64,000 nucleotides of DNA from Candidatus Spongiihabitans sp. (GTDB lineage: Bacteria > Pseudomonadota > Gammaproteobacteria > Arenicellales > Poriferihabitantaceae): contig OZ242212.1 of NCBI GenBank assembly GCA_965206355.1, positions 1,310,814 to 1,374,813 on the forward strand, read 5' to 3'. Positions 40,192 to 47,812 of the stretch are shown one piece after another. Every line of letters begins with the position of its first letter. Position 1 is the first letter of the stretch. Position numbers and translations under genes: made by a program. Below the pieces are notes generated by a model. The model saw only the letters and a program-made list of their open reading frames with translations. It was not told the DNA's origin and did not search any database.

Positions 40192-40866
40192 ATGACGGAA
40201 GAAACAAGCCAGGCGGTGGTTTTTTTCACCAGTTTCCAGGCAAGCGACCTGCGATTTATGGCCGAAGCCGCCGGTCGGACGGTGTTAATTTCGGCCATTT
40301 CGATCAGTTTCGGTACGGTTTTCGGTTGCATCTTCGGGTGGATGGTGCATTCACTCAAGCTAGTCGGCAGTATCGCCCTTAATTTTGTTCTTGACATATT
40401 CCGCAGCGTACCGTTGATTATTCAGTTGATTTTGTTTTATAACTTGTTTCCATTGATCGGCGTCCACTTTGATCCTTTCGCCGCAGGAATTTTCGTTTTA
40501 ACATTCTACACATCAGCGTTGGTCGCTAATGTTGTGCGTGGCGGTATCGAATCTGTTGGACAACCCATGCGACGCGCGGCCAGGTCTCTGGGCATGAGTT
40601 ACTGGCAGGATATGTTTCACGTGGTGGCGCCGATTGGGGTGCGCGCGGTGTTTCCGGCCTGGATCGGTGTGGCGCTTGGTATACTCAAAGACAGTGCCCT
40701 GGTTTCGGTACTCGGTTATGTGGAGCTACTTCGCGCCTCGCAGATTTTGATTACACGAACCCAGGAACCTTTTCTCATTCTGGCTGTCGCCGGCGCATTT
40801 TATTTCGCGCTTTCGTTCCCTGTTTCCAGGTTCGGGATGCGTTTGGAGGCGAAGTGGCGGTCATGA
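40192..40866 (+). CDS. amino-acid ABC transporter permease
   Basis: Second permease with an EAA-like loop (AARSLGMSYWQDMFHVVAP). Confidence 0.85.
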   Translation: MTEETSQAVVFFTSFQASDLRFMAEAAGRTVLISAISISFGTVFGCIFGWMVHSLKLVGSIALNFVLDIFRSVPLIIQLILFYNLFPLIGVHFDPFAAGIFVLTFYTSALVANVVRGGIESVGQPMRRAARSLGMSYWQDMFHVVAPIGVRAVFPAWIGVALGILKDSALVSVLGYVELLRASQILITRTQEPFLILAVAGAFYFALSFPVSRFGMRLEAKWRS

Positions 40867-41585
40867 TCGAAGTGCAGGATTTACACAAATATTTTGGTGA
40901 ACTGCATGTTCTCAAAGGCATTAATGTGACCGTCGAAAAAGGTGAAGTGCTGAGCATAATCGGCGCTTCCGGATCAGGAAAATCCACCTTTCTTTATTGT
41001 ATCAATGCGCTTGAGCCGATCCAGCGAGGCGAGGTGGTTGTAGATGGCGTGTCGGTACATGCTCGCAGAACCGATATTAATAAATTGCGACAGAATCTCG
41101 GCATGGTTTTTCAGCAGTGGAACTCTTTCCCGCATCTTACCGCTCTGGAAAATGTTGCGCTTGCACCGCGCATCGTCAAGAAGAAGTCAGGAGCGGAGGC
41201 GCGCGAAATTTCCCGCAAACAACTTCAGCACGTGGGTCTCGGTGACAAGCTTAATGCGTACCCTTCAGCGCTTTCCGGTGGCCAGCAGCAACGGCTTGCG
41301 ATTGCGCGTGCGTTGGCGATGGAGCCGAATTACATGTTGTTCGACGAAGCGACTTCGGCACTTGATCCCGAACTGGTTGGTGAAGTTCTCGACACTATGC
41401 GCCTGCTTGCTGAAGAGGGTATAACCATGATTTGTGTAACCCATGAGATGGGTTTCGCGCGGGATGTATCCGATCGGATTGCATATTTTCATGAAGGAAT
41501 CATTGAAGAGATTGGACCACCCGCGCAACTTTTCACCGATCCTCAATCCGAAAACACCAAAAAATTTCTACACAATGTTCGATAA
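40863..41585 (+). CDS. amino-acid ABC transporter ATP-binding protein
   Basis: Walker [10 protein letters not shown], signature LSGGQQQR, Walker [12 protein letters not shown]. Its ATG overlaps the permease stop (ATGA). Confidence 0.9.
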   Translation: MIEVQDLHKYFGELHVLKGINVTVEKGEVLSIIGASGSGKSTFLYCINALEPIQRGEVVVDGVSVHARRTDINKLRQNLGMVFQQWNSFPHLTALENVALAPRIVKKKSGAEAREISRKQLQHVGLGDKLNAYPSALSGGQQQRLAIARALAMEPNYMLFDEATSALDPELVGEVLDTMRLLAEEGITMICVTHEMGFARDVSDRIAYFHEGIIEEIGPPAQLFTDPQSENTKKFLHNVR

Positions 41586-41607
41586 CCGCGAGGTGGCGCA
41601 TGACGCA

Positions 41608-42714
41608 ATGAAAATCACTGGATTACGAATGCATCGCATGGACTTGCCACTCAAGGAGGGGCGATATAGTTGGGGAGATGGGAAGTTTGTCGAAGTTTTT
41701 GACAGTACGTTGGTGGTGGTCGAAACTGATGCGGGCATCGAGGGTTATGGCGAAGTATGCCCGTTGGGGCCGGTCTACTTGCCTGCTTTTGCGGCGGGCG
41801 TGCGCGCCGGCGCCGGCGAAATGGCACCACACTTGATTGGACTTGACCCCACCAATCTCACGCGGGTGAATGACACCATGGACACGGCATTGTCGAGACA
41901 TCCTTACGCCAAGTCGCCTATCGATATTGCGTGCTGGGATATTCTGGGCAAGTCACTGAGCGTCCCGGTATGCCATCTGCTGGGGGGCGAGCAGGGTGAG
42001 GCGGTCGCACTTTATCGTGCCATCAGTCAGTTGCCCGCCGATGAAATGGCCGCCAATGTCGCTTCATACCGCGAGGCAGGCTATCGAAAATTCCAGTTGA
42101 AAGTCGGTGCGCAGGCGAAAGCGGATATTCAGCGCATTCACGCTGTGAGATCAGTTTTGCATGAAGATGAGATTTTGGTCGCTGACGCCAACCGTGGTTG
42201 GCAGGCGCATAACGCATTGCGTGTGGTGAGTGCTGTCGCCGATCTGGATGTGTATATTGAGCAACCCTGTCGATCATACAAGGACTCCCTCGCCATACGA
42301 CGGCACACTAATCTTCCTTTCATACTGGACGAGTCCATCGATGGCCTGACATCGTTGTTACGCGCTTACCAAGACGGTGCAATGGACGCGGTAAATCTCA
42401 AAATATCAAAACTCGGTGGCTTGTTGAAAACACGCATTCTCCGGGATGTCTGTGTGGAGCTGGATATTCCGATGACCATAGAGGATACCTGGGGCGGGGA
42501 CATTACCACCGCCACCATCGCACATCTGGCACACTCCACCCCGCAACGATGTCGATTTAGCTCCACCGACTTCAATGACTATGTGACGGTTGCCAATGCC
42601 GAAGGTACGCCACCTCGCGTCGGTGGAACAATGATGGCGTCACGCCAGCCGGGGTTGGGGGTTGTTCCTGATTGGAAGGTGTGGGGCGAGCCGATCGGCG
42701 TTTATCGGGCATAG
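41608..42714 (+). CDS. enolase-superfamily enzyme, muconate-lactonizing-enzyme subgroup (candidate hydroxyproline(-betaine) epimerase / cis-3-hydroxyproline dehydratase)
   Basis: KxK motif (FQLKVG), metal ligands in VADANRGW / IEQPC / LDES context, and a second catalytic Lys (NLKISKLGG). ATG 41608 (MKITGLRM) is preferred over the ORF-track start, which overlaps the ATPase gene. Confidence 0.8.
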   Translation: MKITGLRMHRMDLPLKEGRYSWGDGKFVEVFDSTLVVVETDAGIEGYGEVCPLGPVYLPAFAAGVRAGAGEMAPHLIGLDPTNLTRVNDTMDTALSRHPYAKSPIDIACWDILGKSLSVPVCHLLGGEQGEAVALYRAISQLPADEMAANVASYREAGYRKFQLKVGAQAKADIQRIHAVRSVLHEDEILVADANRGWQAHNALRVVSAVADLDVYIEQPCRSYKDSLAIRRHTNLPFILDESIDGLTSLLRAYQDGAMDAVNLKISKLGGLLKTRILRDVCVELDIPMTIEDTWGGDITTATIAHLAHSTPQRCRFSSTDFNDYVTVANAEGTPPRVGGTMMASRQPGLGVVPDWKVWGEPIGVYRA

Positions 42715-42742
42715 CAAAGGGCAAACCCTTTGACTGTGTGCG

Positions 42743-43740
42743 TTAAGGTAGCAGCACCGTCGTCCCCGTGGTGCGGCGGTTTTCTAAATCTTTGTGGGCG
42801 GTTACCGCTTCGGACAGTGGGTAGGTTTGGTTGATGCGGATGCTGAGTGCGCCGGAGAGTACCGCGTCGAATACTTCGCCTGCGCGGTAGATTAATTCGT
42901 CGCGGCCGGCGGTGTAGTGAGACCTTTGCACGGAAGATGATTTCGCTTTTAGGCCAGGCAAAAACGCACGGAATGAGGGAGTTTATGCTTATAAATGACC
43001 GATTGAGTACGATTTTAACGCAGCATGGAGGTGAAATGGCTTTCGTGCAAAGGTCTCGTAGTGAAACAGTGAGGGGCGGGTCAGGTAGAGTCCGCCTTTG
43101 GTGTTCAGGATGCCGATGTCCAGGGGCTCGACCTTGCCGGAGGATTGGCCGAAAGAGACCAGGGTGCCGCGGGTTTTGAGGCAGTCCAGGGACGGCGTGA
43201 AGGTCGCCTGTCCCACCGAATCGTACACCACCGGCACGCCCGTGCCGCCGGTGATTTCTTGCACGCCCTCGACGAAGTTTTCGCGGCTGTAGTTGATGAC
43301 ATATTGGCAGCCGTTGGCCTGGGCGAGGGCGGTTTTTTCTTCGGAGCCGGCGGTGCCGATCACGGTGACGCCGAGGTGTTTGGCCCACTGGCAGGCGAGC
43401 AATCCGACTCCGCCGGCGGCGGCGTGGAACAAAATCGTCTCCCCGGCCTTGACCCGGTAGGCGCTGCGGTCGTCAATGCCGTCGGGAATTTTTACCGCCC
43501 GCGCCGCCGGCAGGTTGCGCGCTTCGCAATAGGCGCCGAGGGGCGGCGAAGCGTAGGCGACCCGCTCACCGACGCTGAAATCGCTCACACTGGCGCCGAC
43601 CTTTTCCACCACCCCCGCCCCTTCAAGGCCCGGCGTGAACGGCAGTTGCGGCGCCGCCGCGGATTCCCGGTGTTCACCGGGTACTTTCCGCGGAGCGGGC
43701 GAGCTGCCCTGCCCCGCGGATTCTTACCTGGGCGGCGTCA
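42743..43740 (-). pseudogene. qor: NADPH:quinone oxidoreductase (zeta-crystallin family) pseudogene: MITE insertion, frameshift, internal deletion, 5' truncation
   Basis: Fragments ...PQLPFTPGLEGAGVVEKVG..., ...FHAAAGGVGLLACQWAK..., ...TRPSLFHY | MITE | HYTAGRDEL...TTGTTVLLP. RGKYP lies in another frame upstream. About 18 residues expected between DDRSA and YRVKAGE are missing. There is no start codon. Confidence 0.8.
42919..43057 (+). mobile_element. 139-bp MITE, copy 2 (inside qor; TSD GTAGT)
   Basis: 5 substitutions relative to copy 1. GTAGT is present at 42914-42918 and 43058-43062. Removing the element and one TSD copy restores the Qor reading frame (SLFHYTAGRDEL). Confidence 0.9.
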
Positions 43741-43773
43741 GAGGCGACTGTCGACCGGCGACCGGCGACCAGG

Positions 43774-44722
43774 TTATTCGCCGGTGAGGGCTTTTGCACC
43801 CACCGCCGAGATCAACGCCTTGTGCTTGGCGATCTCGGTCTGGTGGTAGCGGCTCAGGGCGTCGCCCGACAGCCATTCCTCACAGGCAAGCCCGTCATCA
43901 ACGCAGAACTTTTGCCACTCGTCGGAATTAAACAGCGTCGCGAACAAATCTATGTACCACTGTTGCGCATCTTCGGACATGTCCGGCGGCCCGTTGATGG
44001 AGCGCTGCATGTAGTATTGCAGATCATGGCCGAGCTCCTTGGCGGTGGGGATGTCGGGATAGGCCGGAAGCCGCTCGGCGGTGAATTGCACCAGGGGTTT
44101 GGTGTTGCCGGCGCGGTAAAACTCGTTTTGCTCCGCCGGATTGTTCACGGTTGAGTCAATGTGGTTGCCCACCAGGTTTTTGGCCACGGTGCCGCCGCCG
44201 GGGAAAGGAATGTAGGTAACCTCATAATCAAAGTAGTCCCCCATCATCGCGGTCAGGATGGAATCTTCCTGGCCGGAGCCGGTGCCACCCACTTTCCAGC
44301 TTTTGCCGGCGGCTTTGACCGCGCCCACGTAACTGTCCAGGTCGGTGATGTCGGCGCGATCCTGATTAACCCACAGCAGGAAATTGTCCAGCGCCATGCG
44401 GCCAATGGGCGTGAAATTCCCGACATCAACACCGATGCCTTTCTGAATGATGGGCGTGGTATAGAAACTGTTCAGGGTCACCAGCACAACGTGGTCATCG
44501 CCAGCTTTGTCCTGCAAATAGCGTAGCGCTTCAGCGCCCGACCCGCCGGGTTTGTTGATCGGAATAAATGGCCGCGGCGAGAGGTTTTTCTTCTCGATCA
44601 GCCCCTGCAACAGGCGCGCGATCTGATCCGCGCCGCCGCCAGCGCCGGCCATGATGATGAGTTCAATGGGCTTTTTCGGCGACCAGTCGCTGAACGCCAG
44701 CGTTGAAAGACCCAGCCCCAGC
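43774..44722 (-). pseudogene. Bug/TctC-family tripartite tricarboxylate transporter substrate-binding protein, 5'-truncated by an IS fragment
   Basis: The frame reads ...AVALGLGLSTLAFSDQSPKKPIELIIMAGAGGGADQIARLL...KPGGSGAEAL... but the signal peptide is cut at about 44722, where IS481 sequence begins. No start codon remains. No tctA/tctB is nearby. Confidence 0.7.
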
Positions 44723-44958
44723 GCGACAGCGGTACAGGGTGCGGCGGCTGACCGAAAAGGCCTCGCAAGCAGCGGCGGTGCCGTGGGTCTGCCAAAAGCG
44801 CAGAATGGTGATTCGGTGTTGGGCTTGTGGGTTCATCTGCCCACGATACCCGATGCGGGCAACGCGATAAAACTCCTTGATGAGGTGGCCGATGTGGTGG
44901 GTTTTTACAGCATCTCCTCCGAGCCCGGGGAGTGCCAGATGTTTCTGAGCTTATGCAG
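44723..44958 (-). mobile_element. 236-bp fragment (transposase-proximal end) of a second IS481-family copy
   Basis: Collinear, same-orientation match to 32304-32539 with a handful of substitutions. Both matches stop at ...GAGCTTATGCAG. Confidence 0.85.
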
Positions 44959-45185
44959 GCCATGTTTGATGCCATCCCATTATGGGACAAATCGGGTGGT
45001 AGTTTAGCGCTGGAGCGAGTTTTTCAGAATTGTCAGGGCATATCTTGACGGATTCAGTCGCTAGTGTGCGGGATTTTAGGAAGATTCTTGGGAATTCCCA
45101 GAATTCCTCGGAGCATCCGCGCAATTTGTGGTCGCAATTTTGGCTGGGATACATGGTATTATCATAGTCTGGCTAACTATTATGA

Positions 45186-45324
45186 GAGACCTTTGCACGA
45201 AAGCCATTTCACCTGCATGCTGTGTTAAAATCGTACTCAATCGGTCATTTATAAGCATAAACTCCCTCATTCCGTGCGTTTTTGCCTGGCCTGAAAGCGA
45301 AATCATCTTCCGTGCAAAGGTCTC
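45186..45324 (-). mobile_element. 139-bp MITE, copy 3 (inverted; 50 nt upstream of the first YcaO gene)
   Basis: The reverse complement differs from copy 1 at about 4 positions. It is flanked by ATGA on both sides (4 unambiguous nt). Confidence 0.85.
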
Positions 45325-45374
45325 ATGAAATTAACCGCGCCGTCGCACCCTATTGGCGCGCGCATATAACCACC

Positions 45375-47789
45375 ATGTTTTATAAATCAAAAAATGATGA
45401 AGGCCTGATTCAAGTTCCTGCGGTCACCCCTCACGTCGAGGTCATCACTTTCGACAACGCCGAAATGAATATCGGCGATGATTTTCCCGAAGAGGAACTA
45501 CGTAATATGAATCTATGCTTTTGTGTCGACGCACAGGGCGCTGGGTATGGGCTACTGGGGCCGTTGCATAGAGATATCATGTGCCTGGTGGATGGTTCCC
45601 GCACTCGCATGGAAATCGTCGAGGCGCTCCAGAAAATCGGCCACGATGCTATGGATACGAATACCATGCTAGCCAGTCTGGCTTACCGGTTTTTGCTGGT
45701 GTCAGCGGAGCATTCACTCCAGCCCGAACAAGCGGCGTTGTTTTCTGCACTGGGCATCACGCCGCGCTGCGCGGAAGAGTGCATGGCCGAATTGAAAATT
45801 TTTATTCACAGCATCAGCGCGCACCGCGATGGCGCGGGCATTGTAACCGAAGCATTGTCCAATCTAGGTTGCGGAAACCGCGCCATTGTCGATGCCGAAG
45901 ATAGCGCCGATGTCGTTATCGTGTTGGTTGATGACTACCTGCAAACAGAACTGGAAACCATCAACCAGCGCTTTCTCAAAAACCGGAAAAAATGGTTGCC
46001 ACTGAAATTGAGCGGCACTGAAGGCCTGGTCGGCCCGCTGTTTAATTTGCGGAAAAATGGATTTTGCATGACGTGTTTGCAGACTAACTTGCGCAACAAT
46101 CGCGAACTTCGCAGTTTTTTTGGGCACAACCGCGACGGCGCTGACATCGCCAAAGAGAGAATCTTTGAATCATCGCTTGCCCGTGGCCGCGCGGTTGAAG
46201 CTCTGTTGCAGATGATTAAATCCCTGCTGGCCGACGCTGATCAGTATATCGATGTCAATACCGAAGGACATTTTCAAAGCATTGAACATTACGTCTTGTC
46301 GAGTAACACGGTTATCAACACCCAATCCTGGCACTATGTGAATAAAAGGCCACAGTGCGCCTGTTGCGGCGACCCGCAAACGATCAACAATGAACGCCCG
46401 CCTAATCCGGTGGATTTATCTCAAGGGTCAAAAGAATCTATGTTCACCAGCGGCGGCATGAAAGCTCGGTCGCCGCTACAGACCTGGAACAAATATCAAC
46501 ACTTGATTTCTCCGCTAACCGGTGTTGTAACAGGCGTTGTTCGATCTTCTCCGCCGGACGATTCGTGGCTTCACGTTTATTGGGCAGGCAGCAATTTGGC
46601 TATCGTTAATAAACTTTTCCACTCTCTCAGCACCAGCCTGCGAACCAAGAGCGCAGGCAAGGGGCGGTCGGACTCCCAGGCCAAGGTCAGTGCCTTGTGC
46701 GAAGCCCTGGAACGCAATAGCGGGGTCTATGACGGCACTGAAATTCATCGCCGCGCGCGATTTATCGATTTTGACGAGGGCGAAGCTCTGCGGCCTAACG
46801 ACATCATGCTATTCAGCGATAATCAATATAAGATGCGCGACCAGGTGGCGTCAAAGAAATTTCGTTTCTACCGACTTCCGGAGTTGGATTTCGACGAGAA
46901 CGTGGAAGTCGAATGGACACCATTCTGGTCGGTAAGCCGCAAGCAGCATGTCTGGATGCTGTCTGCTCAGGCTTATTTCTCTTACTATTCAAGCAATATG
47001 GAACTCAACAAATTCATGGGGAATCCGGATTCCAATGGTGCCGCATCGGGAAACACCATTGCCGAGGCATTCGTGCAAGGTTTTATGGAATTAGTGGAGC
47101 GCGATGCCTTCGCCATCTGGTGGTATAACCGTTTATCCTATCCGGAAGTCGATATCGCCAGTTTCATGGACCCATTCTTGACTCAATTGGTGGAACACTA
47201 CCGCACCGAATACAATCGAAATGTATGGGTGCTTGATATTACTCATGACTTTGGCATTCCGGTTTTTGTCGCCGTGTCCGAGCGCTTTGACAAGAAAAAA
47301 CGTGATATCTGCGTGTCCGCTGGCGCCCATTTTGATCCGCATATTGCATTGTTGCGCGCGATTTGTGAACTCAATCAATACGCATCGGTGGTATTGCGTT
47401 CCACCGATGATGTGTCCAGTTATACTTATTTCGATCAAGAATGCCTTGACTGGTGGCACAACGCCACCTTACAAAACAATCCGTATCTTTTGCCCGACAG
47501 CAAGGCGGCCAAAACCACCAAGGCGGATTATCCTGTCATCGCACGCACCCAGGCTGAAGAATCACAGGCCTGCATTGATGCAGTCCATACCAAAGGCATG
47601 GAGATTCTGGTGATGGACCAGACCAAACCCGATATCGGGTTGCCAGTGATCAAGATACTGGTGCCAGGGATGCGCCATTTCTGGGCCCGTTTTGCCCCGG
47701 GACGACTCTACGATGTGCCTGTGGAGATGGGAAAACTGAGCAAACCCACCCCTGAACAGGATTTGAATCCCACCCCCGTATTCATCTAA
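45375..47789 (+). CDS. fused E1-like/RRE plus YcaO azoline-forming heterocyclase (PatD/TruD-like), copy 1
   Basis: N terminus VPAVTPHVEVITF, wHTH-like LVDGSRTRMEIVEAL, and a Cys quartet (FCMTCL ... CACCGD). YcaO core KSAGKGRSDSQAKVSALCEALERNSG, ELVERDAFAIWWYN, and C-terminal PGRLYDVPVEMG...NPTPVFI. The ORF-track start at 45282 lies inside the MITE and is rejected. Confidence 0.85.
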   Translation: MFYKSKNDEGLIQVPAVTPHVEVITFDNAEMNIGDDFPEEELRNMNLCFCVDAQGAGYGLLGPLHRDIMCLVDGSRTRMEIVEALQKIGHDAMDTNTMLASLAYRFLLVSAEHSLQPEQAALFSALGITPRCAEECMAELKIFIHSISAHRDGAGIVTEALSNLGCGNRAIVDAEDSADVVIVLVDDYLQTELETINQRFLKNRKKWLPLKLSGTEGLVGPLFNLRKNGFCMTCLQTNLRNNRELRSFFGHNRDGADIAKERIFESSLARGRAVEALLQMIKSLLADADQYIDVNTEGHFQSIEHYVLSSNTVINTQSWHYVNKRPQCACCGDPQTINNERPPNPVDLSQGSKESMFTSGGMKARSPLQTWNKYQHLISPLTGVVTGVVRSSPPDDSWLHVYWAGSNLAIVNKLFHSLSTSLRTKSAGKGRSDSQAKVSALCEALERNSGVYDGTEIHRRARFIDFDEGEALRPNDIMLFSDNQYKMRDQVASKKFRFYRLPELDFDENVEVEWTPFWSVSRKQHVWMLSAQAYFSYYSSNMELNKFMGNPDSNGAASGNTIAEAFVQGFMELVERDAFAIWWYNRLSYPEVDIASFMDPFLTQLVEHYRTEYNRNVWVLDITHDFGIPVFVAVSERFDKKKRDICVSAGAHFDPHIALLRAICELNQYASVVLRSTDDVSSYTYFDQECLDWWHNATLQNNPYLLPDSKAAKTTKADYPVIARTQAEESQACIDAVHTKGMEILVMDQTKPDIGLPVIKILVPGMRHFWARFAPGRLYDVPVEMGKLSKPTPEQDLNPTPVFI

Positions 47790-47812
47790 AAATTGCGCCG
47801 AGCGAACAGTTG

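Noticed and set aside
42702-44990. ORFs 42702-43388 -, 43145-43849 +, 43822-44154 +, 44161-44526 +, 44598-44990 -
   Set aside because: These are alternative frames or antisense strands of the qor and tctC-like remnants and the IS fragment. Their composition is typical of GC-driven spurious ORFs.
45325-45369. 14-codon uORF (MKLTAPSHPIGARI) as a possible extra precursor or leader peptide
   Set aside because: It has no SD, begins at the MITE boundary, and has no resemblance to the three precursors. It is most likely fortuitous.
45282-45374. ORF-track start of the 835-aa YcaO protein at 45282
   Set aside because: The first ~14 codons (MPGLKAKSSSVQRSH) are MITE sequence; the same peptide is produced at the qor fragment. 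Homology to PatD-like N termini begins after Met at 45375.
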